Virus record (IMG/VR): IMGVR_UViG_3300044556_000077
Span: 68,183-132,182 of that record
Origin: a virus
Lineage: Duplodnaviria > Caudoviricetes
Length of the DNA: 64,000 nt
Direction: 5' to 3' (one strand)
Shown here: in pieces, positions 41,691 to 51,782 of the stretch
Numbering within the stretch: the first letter of the stretch is position 1
Layout: each line of letters begins with the position of its first letter
Made by a program: the position numbers and the translations under genes
Notes under the pieces: model-generated
What the model saw: only the letters and a program-made list of their open reading frames with translations
Told to the model about the DNA's origin: nothing
Database searches by the model: none

Positions 41691-42611
41691 CTATAAATAT
41701 TCTTTATATGTTCTTTCAAAGTTGGCTTTTACAAATCTAGTTCCAAACTGATTACTGATCATTTCTACATTATCTGACATAAACTGATTAGTAGAAACTC
41801 CCATCTCTTCAGATTTCTTACGAATAAAATCAATCTTACCGGAGATCATTAGATTTGTTGTAGTAAGGTACTTATTTCCAAGATACTGCTTAACCCTATT
41901 AAACGAAGCTTTTGCATTACGTGCGCTGCTGTCATCCGTTTCAAGAACAGAGTTGCCATTTCTCTTCATGATTGTTCCATCATCAATAATAGGAACAACC
42001 TTTTTCTGTTTGCCAGACAGTGAATAATATTTTTCTTCCTCTCTGCTTTCCTGTGCAAGATAATAAAGATCTTTTGACATCTCAATTATTCTTTCAGATT
42101 TCAAAGAAATGAAGTGCTGACCACCTTTCTCTGAAATATCTTCCATTTTCGCAGTAGCAATATCCATAAACCCTTTTCCTTTAAGTCCTTCAAATGTTCC
42201 CAAAAGAAGAAACTGATCTCTTGGATTTGGAATCTCCAAAATCATATCTTCCAATTCATCTCTGGTAATAATTCTTTTATCCAGAAGAATCGGATTTAAA
42301 TACTTATCAAAGTCCTTTGCATGAAACTCAAGATAATGATTCTGACCATCAGTAACCAAACCCTGATTTAAACACCATGTTGTATAGTTAGCAAACACGG
42401 AGTTTATTGTAGCCAAGGCATATCTTGAACTGGAATTTCTTAACTTGTAATATGCTTCAATCTCAAAGAATGAAAAGTTACTAAGATCTCTTCCAAGATT
42501 TTCTTCGTACTTTTCAACTCTGTTAAAGATATTTACATAAAAATTATCCTGTATTATTACATAATCCTCACGACTCTTTATGAATCTTTCCTTTTGTTCC
42601 TCATTATACAT
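41691..42611 (-). CDS. SPbeta YopR/MrpR-like repressor (degenerate tyrosine-recombinase fold)
   Basis: MYNEEQKERF N-terminus, NPRDQFLL..FEGLKG; catalytic R and HxxR missing; follows the DGYHR gene. Confidence 0.7.
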   Translation of the reverse strand: MYNEEQKERFIKSREDYVIIQDNFYVNIFNRVEKYEENLGRDLSNFSFFEIEAYYKLRNSSSRYALATINSVFANYTTWCLNQGLVTDGQNHYLEFHAKDFDKYLNPILLDKRIITRDELEDMILEIPNPRDQFLLLGTFEGLKGKGFMDIATAKMEDISEKGGQHFISLKSERIIEMSKDLYYLAQESREEEKYYSLSGKQKKVVPIIDDGTIMKRNGNSVLETDDSSARNAKASFNRVKQYLGNKYLTTTNLMISGKIDFIRKKSEEMGVSTNQFMSDNVEMISNQFGTRFVKANFERTYKEYL

Positions 42612-43893
42612 AATCTGAGCACCCCTTAATAAATCTTTCTATAACCTTCACAGCTGTAATTCCAACTTTTCCAGTCTTAAAGGCATTGTTATCTTTCATC
42701 TCATCAACATGCTTAACCGTATATTCAATAAGTTTTACCATATGTCTCAAATCTTCAGGAGACATACCCTCTTTTTCATAATACTCTTTAAAGAAATACA
42801 TGACAACAGCAAGTTGTCTATTATTTACTTTAGACTGCAGGAACTCAGGAATAGCATCTGTAACCATATTTAAATAGTTAGATAAACTTCTGGATGCTTT
42901 TACGATTTCTACATTTAATTCAGCTTGATCGAGTTTCTTTCCTTTGAAGATCAGTGAGTCAACCAGATTTGATGCAACACCAATGTCACAGAAGCCTGAG
43001 TTAATAGAAAGCATTCCATACAGATTACACATTGGATTCTTGTTAACTCTTCCAATAACCTGATTGGATGCCTTATTCATATCATATGCAGTTGAAGTAA
43101 TTCTCTTCATCTGCGTTTTCTGATCCTCTTGGAAAATAAACTCTTTTGCTTTAAATTCATCGAAATGAATGATTCTAAGCTCAAACGTAAAATCGAAATC
43201 ATGATTGTTATCAAATACTTTGCAAGCTGCAAGGTATCTGTGATAACCATCCACAATATCTACTCCAGATGCTTTCTCAATGATGAGCTGCTTTTTCTCT
43301 TCGTCATATGTAAACAGCGCATCTTCTGGAAGATTGAATGTCAGGGTGTTCGCTATAAACGAATTGTTTTTAAGAGCTTTCTCAATAGATTTAACTGCCT
43401 TTTGATTGATTGATATCTGATATACCGCCTCCCCATTTTTAACAACTTTTTTAAGCTGCCTCTGTGTATTAGCATTATATGTAATGAAACGCTTGAAGCG
43501 CATCTTCATTAAATCTCTAACCGTAATTTTGGTTATCCACTGATCATCGGCAATCTTAACTGCATCAAATACTAATGGGAATTCCAAAGTATCTATTTCG
43601 AACTTCTCATTCTTGAATGCTTCGATTTCCTGATCCGTGAAATATTTATTTACTAAATCATTCTCAATTGAATCATCAACATGGCAAATCCCATCCATTA
43701 CAGCAAATGTTTCAAATCTGCCGAATTTGTTATTTGCCTTGTTACCAAACAGCATGTCAAATACCAAATTGCTCGGAACATTATATTTTTTATCAATATA
43801 GGAATAAAGCTCTTCTATCTTTGCATTGTTAATCACGATATTTACCGATTGTTTACGGATTTCTATGATCGCTTCTCTAACATTGGTCTTCAT
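42604..43893 (-). CDS. YopQ-like DndB/ParB-fold (DGxHR) protein
   Basis: YNANTQR, IVDGYHRY motifs. Confidence 0.7.
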   Translation of the reverse strand: MKTNVREAIIEIRKQSVNIVINNAKIEELYSYIDKKYNVPSNLVFDMLFGNKANNKFGRFETFAVMDGICHVDDSIENDLVNKYFTDQEIEAFKNEKFEIDTLEFPLVFDAVKIADDQWITKITVRDLMKMRFKRFITYNANTQRQLKKVVKNGEAVYQISINQKAVKSIEKALKNNSFIANTLTFNLPEDALFTYDEEKKQLIIEKASGVDIVDGYHRYLAACKVFDNNHDFDFTFELRIIHFDEFKAKEFIFQEDQKTQMKRITSTAYDMNKASNQVIGRVNKNPMCNLYGMLSINSGFCDIGVASNLVDSLIFKGKKLDQAELNVEIVKASRSLSNYLNMVTDAIPEFLQSKVNNRQLAVVMYFFKEYYEKEGMSPEDLRHMVKLIEYTVKHVDEMKDNNAFKTGKVGITAVKVIERFIKGCSDYV

Positions 43894-43927
43894 ACTATTA
43901 CACCCCCTGTTTTTATTTCCTGATCTT

Positions 43928-43955
43928 ATTATAACCAATGCAAGTACAATGTCAA
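43928..43955 (-). promoter_or_regulatory. Promoter for the yopQ/yopR-like operon
   Basis: TTGACA-16-TATAAT. Confidence 0.6.
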
Positions 43956-44036
43956 TATGATTATTGAGAATATTTTTTAGACTAGTTATTTAATCCTATA
44001 ATAAGCACCACCCTTATTTCTAAATACTTTCCTCTA

Positions 44037-45062
44037 TTAAATATTATACATATTATCTGCAACATCTGCGCCAGCTTTCAACTCTTTTTCATCAACAGAC
44101 AGATATCTCATTGTTGTTCTAACATTACTATGATTAAGCATTTTTGCTGTAAGATAAATATTCTTTGTAGCATCATAGAAATGTGTTGCAAAAGTGCTTC
44201 TCAACTTATGCGGAGTAATATTTTTATCAATATCCATACTCCAATTTCTAACAAGAACTGTAAACTGGTCAGGCGTTAAACGACTTCCTTTATCTGAAAG
44301 AAAAAATGCCCTAGTCCTTTTTCCTCTAGTTCTCACCGAACGAAGGAAATTATATCTATTTTTCTGGCAATCTTCCATTTCTTCTTTAACAGACTTTGGG
44401 ATAGGTACGATTCTTTCTTCACCACCCTTTTCTACAAAAGTCATTGTACCCTCTTTAAAATCAATATCATTTATATCAAGTCCACAAATTTCACTTACTC
44501 GCAGTCCAGTTCTAATTGCCAAATGAAACATGCACAAATCTCTCATAACACGATATTTGTTCCGCTTTGGCATTTCTGTCTCTCCCTTATGTGGTTTATG
44601 CCATCCAATTTTAATTCTTTTTTCTATTGTAGCAATCTCCTCATTTGTCAAAGCAATTACCTGATGAACTGACCGATCTTTCGGTGCTCTGACTCTTGCA
44701 GCTGGATCTGTTTCAATGAACTCATTTTCCCATAGATACCTAAAGAAATGTTTAATTGCATATACGTTTACTCTCCTTGCAGAGTCTCCAATATCATCTT
44801 TTGTTTTTAAATATGAGTAAATATGCATCTGCTTAATTTTCTTTAAGTTTTCTACATCATTACAATCAATTTCAAAATCGGTACGCATGTATTCAAGAAA
44901 ATATTTTACAATTCTAAGGTATGCACTTTCTGTCTTAATTGACATTCCTCTTGTCTCAAATTCTCCTGCATACATATATAAATAATTTGGAGCATCCTTA
45001 AGTATATAATTTATTTTATCCTGTACTCTTTTATTATTTTCTTCTCTACCTGTAAGCATCAT
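44037..45062 (-). CDS. XerC/D-like tyrosine recombinase (YopP-like)
   Basis: TGLRVSE, EKGG, TPHKLRST, LNHS, TMRY. Confidence 0.9.
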   Translation of the reverse strand: MMLTGREENNKRVQDKINYILKDAPNYLYMYAGEFETRGMSIKTESAYLRIVKYFLEYMRTDFEIDCNDVENLKKIKQMHIYSYLKTKDDIGDSARRVNVYAIKHFFRYLWENEFIETDPAARVRAPKDRSVHQVIALTNEEIATIEKRIKIGWHKPHKGETEMPKRNKYRVMRDLCMFHLAIRTGLRVSEICGLDINDIDFKEGTMTFVEKGGEERIVPIPKSVKEEMEDCQKNRYNFLRSVRTRGKRTRAFFLSDKGSRLTPDQFTVLVRNWSMDIDKNITPHKLRSTFATHFYDATKNIYLTAKMLNHSNVRTTMRYLSVDEKELKAGADVADNMYNI

Positions 45063-45086
45063 ATTTAACACCACCCTTTTTTTAGA

Positions 45087-46181
45087 TTAACCAGTAACTA
45101 CCATATCACTGGTTAGTAATAATTTTTTATCTCTTTCATTCAGCTGATCAATGTAATAAATAAACCTATTTCTTTCATCTAGTGATAACTCATTCCATCC
45201 AGCTTTATACATTAAATCTGCAACACCAATTGAAGGTCTTGTAATTGTTTTATTAGCGAAACAGACCCCCAATGAAATAACTGCAAGGATCACGGCAGCC
45301 ACTGGACTTGTTACTGCAATAAATGGGCATACAAACACTAGAAGCAGGATTCCAATTGCATTACCAAAATATTTATTTCCAATCTTTTGTCCTTCTCCAT
45401 TACGATGTATTCCATTTACATAGTAATCGTATTCACCTTCATATTCTATTGGTACTTTATTTGAATCCAAAAGAATTGTTTTACCCGCATATTCTCCCGT
45501 TCTCCCTAGTTTATCGTCTGGGACGTATCTCCAGTTTCTTTTGTCTAAACAGTTCTTGCGTAATTCATAGAACCACCCTTCTTTTGAAAGATATCTAGGG
45601 TCTGCACCACCTTCTTCACTAAACCATGAAATTGGCATCTTAAGCTTTGGCTTATTAAGCTCTGTGTCTAACATAATATACCCTTTAATGTCATTACCCT
45701 TCTTTGCCAGAGCAAGCAGTGCTTCATGCAGATTGTTTGTTCGCTCTCCCCGCTGTTGATCATATCTGTTAAAAGCTGTAAAAAACAATTCAGGATATTC
45801 TTTTCTGTATTTGTTTATAACACTAGTTACATCTGTGTTATTATTTGAATGATCGTATTTAACAATTCCAGCATTTGTATAATCGAGCCTTATATACTCA
45901 TCTGAAACCCAGATGTGTTTATATCTGTATCCGCACACTTCTCCCTTCTTTTTAAAAGCATCATTCAAAATATTTGCCATTTCTTTTGATGATGTAATAT
46001 CATTGAAATCATACTTTTTAATTTCAATGCAATGATATATTCCATTTCGTTCTTCAAGAATTAATAACCTTGCTGCACCTAACAGATGGTTAAGTACAGC
46101 TCCACGATAAAGCATTTCAACTACATTTTTATTCTTTTCAATTCGTTCTAATGCCATTCGTCTTAACGCCTCATTATCCAT
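45087..46181 (-). CDS. Hypothetical membrane protein
   Basis: Two TM helices near the C-terminus. Confidence 0.7.
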   Translation of the reverse strand: MDNEALRRMALERIEKNKNVVEMLYRGAVLNHLLGAARLLILEERNGIYHCIEIKKYDFNDITSSKEMANILNDAFKKKGEVCGYRYKHIWVSDEYIRLDYTNAGIVKYDHSNNNTDVTSVINKYRKEYPELFFTAFNRYDQQRGERTNNLHEALLALAKKGNDIKGYIMLDTELNKPKLKMPISWFSEEGGADPRYLSKEGWFYELRKNCLDKRNWRYVPDDKLGRTGEYAGKTILLDSNKVPIEYEGEYDYYVNGIHRNGEGQKIGNKYFGNAIGILLLVFVCPFIAVTSPVAAVILAVISLGVCFANKTITRPSIGVADLMYKAGWNELSLDERNRFIYYIDQLNERDKKLLLTSDMVVTG

Positions 46182-46343
46182 TCGCACCACCCTTTCTTTC
46201 AAATTTTATTAATAAATATCAAAATCAAAGCAACATCCATGATCAATCTCATGTCTATCTGCATATTTAACTTCTGCCATATGTTCTGTAACAATATATT
46301 TAATCATAACTAGTACCTCCCTAAATTCTAATTACTAACAAAA

Positions 46344-46613
46344 TTACTCTTCACATACTAATTCAATTAAATCTTCATCTGTAATCATATAATCTGATGG
46401 AAAGCAGGATTCATAGTAGTCTGTAAGACTTCCATCATTTTCTTCAACAACTTTCCTTGCAACGTATTCTTTATACTCACCAGAATACAATTCTCTATTT
46501 CTAAAATCGTATTCTTCAGTATTCAGCCATTCATTAGCCTCATCTTTATTATTAAACCATTTGATATCTTTAAGAATATAATCGCTGCTATAATCAAGCC
46601 CACAATACATCAT
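46344..46613 (-). CDS. Acidic hypothetical protein
   Basis: Preceded by the recurrent TAGGGGGT motif. Confidence 0.6.
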   Translation of the reverse strand: MMYCGLDYSSDYILKDIKWFNNKDEANEWLNTEEYDFRNRELYSGEYKEYVARKVVEENDGSLTDYYESCFPSDYMITDEDLIELVCEE

Positions 46614-46878
46614 ATTTACTACCCCCTATTTTCTAAAGTTGAGCAAACAAATCAGCACAGGATGCTTTTATCATTCTATACTGATTTGTCTCACATCTCA
46701 ACTCTATCTCAAATATATTTTATGGCTTTTAGTTTTTTTCTGTATAATAAGGATGTTTATCGTCCTTTTTCACTTTTTATTATACGTAAAACTCATGAAG
46801 TTTCAAGTGTTATTTATTAGACTTGTTTTGCTAAAATAATTTCCCTCATTACTGAGTCTGCATTGCGCCCTCGATTTT

Positions 46879-47115
46879 TTATTCTGTCCTCTCCCCTAAG
46901 TAGTCCAGTTCATATTTTTCTTGTTCGTGATCGTTTAACGGCATATTATAAACAAGAATATCGTGATATTTTCCTGTTTTGTCATCCTCCGCACGAATCA
47001 ATCCATTCATCGGCTGACATCCAATTGAAAATGGTCTAAGTCTCATCCCATACATAAATACTCTATTACCCATATAATACTCCTTGCCTGTTATATCTTT
47101 ATCTATGATTACCAT
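46879..47115 (-). CDS. DarA_C-like (defence-against-restriction A C-terminal) small protein
   Basis: YGMRLRPFSIGCQP...Y...L...YEL signature. Confidence 0.6.
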   Translation of the reverse strand: MVIIDKDITGKEYYMGNRVFMYGMRLRPFSIGCQPMNGLIRAEDDKTGKYHDILVYNMPLNDHEQEKYELDYLGERTE

Positions 47116-47168
47116 GTTCGTGTCCTCACTTTCTTTCATCCCCGTCTTGCCGGTAGGTCAGCTATTGA

Positions 47169-47327
47169 TTAAAAGTCTCTTTCTATTTCAACCACCCAGT
47201 TGTCTTTTTCCCAACGTTCATACCAGTAGCAATTAGATATTCTTTTATAACCATATCTCTTTAACTGTCCGATATGATACTGTGCTTCTTCTTCATCATG
47301 CGCCTTTACGTTTACATCTGCCTTCAT
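47169..47327 (-). CDS. Small hypothetical protein
   Basis: Flanked by direct repeats; RBS. Confidence 0.55.
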   Translation of the reverse strand: MKADVNVKAHDEEEAQYHIGQLKRYGYKRISNCYWYERWEKDNWVVEIERDF

Positions 47328-47398
47328 AATTGTGTACTCTCTTTCTTTTTTTCCCGTCACGCCGTTAGATCAGCAGATTATCCATATTTATTTTATTT

Positions 47399-47773
47399 TT
47401 AATCTGCTACCACCCTAATATCATTTAAATTTCTATGAAATACTAATATACAAAATATACTTGCTCCATCAAGATACGATAATTTACGAACTTCGTTTAC
47501 AATTTCATCAAAATCATCTACATCTTCTACCAGATTATGATATAAACGTTTCCCTTCTTTTAAATTTTTTATATCTCTTCTCTTTGCCCTCTCTTTCATA
47601 ATACAAAAAGCAAGTTCTTTGTTTCCAAGGATTTTTCTCTCATCATCAACTTTACGCTGCGCATCACGAGTTGCCAACTCAACTCTATTTTTAACTAAAC
47701 TCTGCTCTCTTTCATCCAGTTTATCAAATTCTGTTGTATTTGATTCATCGAGAAGCATTTCATTAATCATCAT
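47399..47773 (-). CDS. Hypothetical protein
   Basis: RBS AGGAGGT. Confidence 0.65.
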   Translation of the reverse strand: MMINEMLLDESNTTEFDKLDEREQSLVKNRVELATRDAQRKVDDERKILGNKELAFCIMKERAKRRDIKNLKEGKRLYHNLVEDVDDFDEIVNEVRKLSYLDGASIFCILVFHRNLNDIRVVAD

Positions 47774-47785
47774 AATTAGTACCTC

Positions 47786-48019
47786 CTATAATCCAAGAAT
47801 TTCTTCAAACCCTTCTCTATCAAGATTACCATTATACCCATAAGCTTTAATATACTGATATGTAGCATCAATAAGATTTAAATCAGGTGTTGTGGTTTTA
47901 AGTCTATATGCATCATATAATGTAGACAATTCACACTGATCGTTTTCTGAAAGATTATTAAATGCTTTTTCAACTACATTAAAAATTTCTTCTGAACTCA
48001 TATTCATGTATCTATTCAT
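47786..48019 (-). CDS. Hypothetical protein
   Basis: RBS AGGAGGT; 3' end duplicated at 48025-48080. Confidence 0.65.
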   Translation of the reverse strand: MNRYMNMSSEEIFNVVEKAFNNLSENDQCELSTLYDAYRLKTTTPDLNLIDATYQYIKAYGYNGNLDREGFEEILGL

Positions 48020-48298
48020 AACTTACCTCCTATAATTCAATAATTTCTTCAAAACTTTCTCTGTCAAGATTACTATTATATTCTGCGAAGATCTCTATTA
48101 TACCTATGCCCTCCAATTTTGTTTACATGCAGTTTCAACAAGATCAATCCATTCCTCAGCCATAATATTCCATCCATACATATTATGCTCTTTAGTAAGA
48201 AATTCACGAAGACCGTCCTCATTTCCTGTCAAAACATAACGTATATCATTTCAAGTACCCCCTATTTTCCAAATATTATCTATATCTTATCCTTTATC

Positions 48299-48484
48299 TT
48301 ATTTTACTTTTGCGTGTTCCGGTGTAAAAGCTGCTGTTGTTTCTGTATATTTCCCCTTCTTGTTTATCATTAGAACTCCGTTGTAATCCACGTCAACAAT
48401 TGTATATAAAGCACCTTCAAACACAACCTTTTTCCCTATCCATTCGTTTTTCAATCCTTCAATATATTCTTTCCAAGTCTTCAT
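48299..48484 (-). CDS. Hypothetical protein
   Basis: RBS AAAGGA. Confidence 0.6.
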   Translation of the reverse strand: MKTWKEYIEGLKNEWIGKKVVFEGALYTIVDVDYNGVLMINKKGKYTETTAAFTPEHAKVK

Positions 48485-48511
48485 GTTCTTTGTCCTTTCT
48501 CTCCGTCATGC

Positions 48512-48811
48512 CTAAGCTCTTTCCATCTTCTCTTCCATGATGTCGAAGCACTGCTCGATATATTCGCAGATATCATTCCATCTTCTATAATTAGAAGTGA
48601 GCTTCATCACTTCTTTAAAAATATCATATGGATTTTCCAAACTTTTTAAAATTTTCATCTTCTCTTCTGAGATAATTACCCACGGAACAAATGCGTTACT
48701 TGCACAATTCGATCTGAAATTTTTCATTGATATATCAGACAATGCCACACTTGTAATGTTTTCATTTCCTTTAAAATGCCCAATAGCAATATACTTTTTA
48801 TCTTTACTCAC
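48512..48811 (-). CDS. Hypothetical protein
   Basis: Preceded by the recurrent motif. Confidence 0.6.
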   Translation of the reverse strand: MSKDKKYIAIGHFKGNENITSVALSDISMKNFRSNCASNAFVPWVIISEEKMKILKSLENPYDIFKEVMKLTSNYRRWNDICEYIEQCFDIMEEKMERA

Positions 48812-48828
48812 AATGTACCCCCTATTTT

Positions 48829-49215
48829 CTAAAACTCTTCTCCATTAATTTCAATCCAGAAATCATCAAGATCATTCAAATTCCAATCTGCATCCTGCAC
48901 ATCATAATTAGTGCTGTACTTTCTAAGGAACTCACAAGTAGTACTCAGGATGCTTTCTGCGACTGACTCTTCAATATGCGTCCAATTACCATATTTCTTA
49001 AGGTCATCCGTTACATGAACCATAAAGCATCTTTCAAACAGATACTGCCTTAAGTCATGATCAAGATTAACATCACGATCAATATCCAATTTCTCAACAT
49101 CAATATACTTCGTCAGCGCAGCTTCGCAATATGTAATCAGATCATCCCAACGAGGATCTTTAAACTCAACACCCAGATCACTTTTCATATAAATCGTAAA
49201 CTTATTATCTTCCAT
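48829..49215 (-). CDS. Hypothetical protein
   Basis: Preceded by the recurrent motif. Confidence 0.65.
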   Translation of the reverse strand: MEDNKFTIYMKSDLGVEFKDPRWDDLITYCEAALTKYIDVEKLDIDRDVNLDHDLRQYLFERCFMVHVTDDLKKYGNWTHIEESVAESILSTTCEFLRKYSTNYDVQDADWNLNDLDDFWIEINGEEF

Positions 49216-49241
49216 AATTCTTACCCCCTAAATTTCAAATG

Positions 49242-49496
49242 TTAACCAATAAAAGCTGCTCCATTTATATCAATTTTAACCACTCTATAGACTTTATGTT
49301 CCGTAACTATTGTATCTTCATCTCTATATAAAAAATCTTCATCTGGATTATCTATACCAAACAATACTTCCATAGCTTTAATTGCATCTTTATAATCCTC
49401 ATAGCAACTAATATAATCAGCACCATAATTGTCATTGCTTCTAATTAATGCATATCTGTATTCAGTCATATTCTTTTCTCCTTCTATATCATTCAT
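49242..49496 (-). CDS. Hypothetical protein
   Basis: ORF; internal AAGGAG before MTEYRY. Confidence 0.6.
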   Translation of the reverse strand: MNDIEGEKNMTEYRYALIRSNDNYGADYISCYEDYKDAIKAMEVLFGIDNPDEDFLYRDEDTIVTEHKVYRVVKIDINGAAFIG

Positions 49497-49673
49497 CTAA
49501 AAACCAATAAACTAATCAAAACTTTTAAAACACACCAACCATCTCAATAACATCCTTCACAATAAAAATCATATGTACAATTGTTGTAATAGACTGTGTG
49601 TGTTTCCAAAGTTTCTCTTTCCTCATTGTTACCCCCTAATTTTCAAATACTATCGAACTATACAAGCAGCTCA

Positions 49674-50360
49674 CTAAGCATTCCTCTTATGCAGCTCAAC
49701 CGTCATCGCATTCTCTTTCTCAACGTCAGTCAATGCATATATGCCATCATATCTAAGATTAAGCGGAAGAAGCATAGCACAATCGTTCTTCATAGAGAAC
49801 ACATCATTTCCATTCCATGCAAGTATCCAACCATGAGGAGCTGCAATCTCAACATTAACCTTCCCCTTTGCATTTGTAATCCAATCGAACAAATCTCTCA
49901 TTCTCTTTGCGCTGTACAGTGCAATCAACTTACCATCCTGATCGAAGAATGGAACTCTGCCACAGTTCTCCGTGATAATATATGGGATATAAGTGCTCTT
50001 TTTATGCTCCTTCCCCCACTTGTAAATGTTATCGATCTTTTCTCTGTCAAGTGAGCATCCGTAAATGCTGTAGCTAATATGATTCAACTGGAAATCTCCA
50101 CGACCAAATCCATTAATAACATCAAAGAATATCTTCTCAACAGACTTGTTTCTATCAGCTCTAGCTTTGTCAAATTTTTTAGCTGTAAGCACCTGATGCT
50201 TTGAATCATAAAAGATTCTGCAATTTGAATAGTAAATTACACCACCCTTTTCTTCAGAAAGATTTGAGTAATTCTCTCCCTTCTCCATTGAAGGGAAACT
50301 GTTCATTGCTTCTTTAGACATTCTGTTGATAATCGCTGTTCTTGTAGCCCGTGCTGTCAT
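49674..50360 (-). CDS. Hypothetical protein; distant paralogue of 57384-58085
   Basis: YYSNCRIFYD / YSAKRMRDLFDWI / MLLPL pattern. Confidence 0.65.
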   Translation of the reverse strand: MTARATRTAIINRMSKEAMNSFPSMEKGENYSNLSEEKGGVIYYSNCRIFYDSKHQVLTAKKFDKARADRNKSVEKIFFDVINGFGRGDFQLNHISYSIYGCSLDREKIDNIYKWGKEHKKSTYIPYIITENCGRVPFFDQDGKLIALYSAKRMRDLFDWITNAKGKVNVEIAAPHGWILAWNGNDVFSMKNDCAMLLPLNLRYDGIYALTDVEKENAMTVELHKRNA

Positions 50361-50464
50361 TATCCTTCTCCTTTCAATATCAAGGGCAGTGCTTTTTCTC
50401 TAAGCACCACCCTTATTTCCAAATTTAATCTGAATGTATCATACAATAATTTATTAGTCAACTA

Positions 50465-51280
50465 TTAGTGTGCGCTCAAAACTACGCACTCGCCTTTCTT
50501 CAATGCAAAACAACCTTCGCCCATGAGCTTGCAATTTGAGCAGTTACCCTTGCAGAAATAAGCACCATACTCAGGAGCTGTAGTAGATCCGTCAGCCCAC
50601 AGCAAATGAGACTCTGGAATTCTGTGTGGATTTGAATAAGGCATATCTTTCCAAACTGACATGATCGCCTGAACATTGCTTTCAAAGTCCTCATTCTCAT
50701 CAAGCCATTTATTAATTCCGTCATAATTCTTTGTGAAGAACTGGAATGTTACATCAGGATGCTGTGCAGCCATATTATTTACATATCCGAAATCTTCATA
50801 TGTCAGATCACCGCCAACATTAATTCTCAGGATTTCTACATCATGAAGATCAAGCTGCATTCCAATTTCTTTCCAATATCTTTCTGGATTAGCCTTGTGA
50901 ATTGCACTGTTCTTTGCTCTGTCATTCAGTACACCAGTGTAAATACAGTCATGCTTGATATCATAGCAGAATCCACAGCACTTATCACAATTCGGACAAT
51001 CTGCAATCGGAATTAGGGACACTGTGTAAACATTCTTTCTTGTCTTCTTATTGCCCTTCTGAAGCTTAACATGCATCTTGCCAACTACCTTAATGAATTT
51101 CTCTCTTTCCTCAAGCATTACATTCAGACGCTTCTTGATTACTTCATCCTTCAACTTTCCAATGTTCTTAGGATTAATCTCTGCCATTTCAATAAAGTCC
51201 TTTCTGATCTCTGTCTCTGCTGTAGCCTTAACGTTTGCATTCTCTGTATTCACCATGTTTTTGTTAGTCATTGTGTTCAT
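50465..51280 (-). CDS. GP88-like Cys-rich phage protein
   Basis: GNKKT, CPNC..C...CY, RINVGGD, FFTK, C-terminal Cys cluster. Confidence 0.6.
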   Translation of the reverse strand: MNTMTNKNMVNTENANVKATAETEIRKDFIEMAEINPKNIGKLKDEVIKKRLNVMLEEREKFIKVVGKMHVKLQKGNKKTRKNVYTVSLIPIADCPNCDKCCGFCYDIKHDCIYTGVLNDRAKNSAIHKANPERYWKEIGMQLDLHDVEILRINVGGDLTYEDFGYVNNMAAQHPDVTFQFFTKNYDGINKWLDENEDFESNVQAIMSVWKDMPYSNPHRIPESHLLWADGSTTAPEYGAYFCKGNCSNCKLMGEGCFALKKGECVVLSAH

Positions 51281-51395
51281 TTCCTTTCTTTCCACTAAAA
51301 AAGGCAGTGTCTAAGCACCACCCTTATTTCTAAATTTAATTTGATTATTCAGTATTTTTAAGTTATAGTTAGTTCTAAATTAGTCGCAATAAGTT

Positions 51396-51584
51396 TTAAA
51401 CCGTAAGATTATGTTCCTTAATCAATCTTCTCATTACCATCTTATTTGGATTCCGTCTGGTAATAATGATCTGGTCATTGTCTCTCACATACTTGAAGTG
51501 ATCTCCCTTGCTTGACTTGAATTCAAAGCCATTGTTTCTTAGAATCTTATCAAATTCCTTAAAGCTGTAATCTTTAGTTCGCAT
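51396..51584 (-). CDS. hicA: HicA-like toxin / mRNA interferase (no adjacent HicB)
   Basis: 62 aa; ILRNNGF...KGDHFKY signature. Confidence 0.7.
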   Translation of the reverse strand: MRTKDYSFKEFDKILRNNGFEFKSSKGDHFKYVRDNDQIIITRRNPNKMVMRRLIKEHNLTV

Positions 51585-51633
51585 TTATTAAACCACCCTT
51601 CTTTTCAAATGTTACTAGGTTTTAATTAATTTG

Positions 51634-51740
51634 TATGTTCTCAATTGTTTTGGTGTATCACTGTAATGGATTGATATATACCCAGCGGCGGGAAGTCCCG
51701 CCGCTGGGTATATTAAACATGTTTAACAAACTTGAGCATA
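51634..51740 (-). ncRNA. RT-associated structured unit A
   Basis: Closing stem tatgttc/gagcata; conserved flank; perfect 18-bp inverted repeat 51676-51713. Confidence 0.7.
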
Positions 51741-51782
51741 CTCGCTACACTGCGTTTAACTCTTTTGTATTAACTTACTTTT

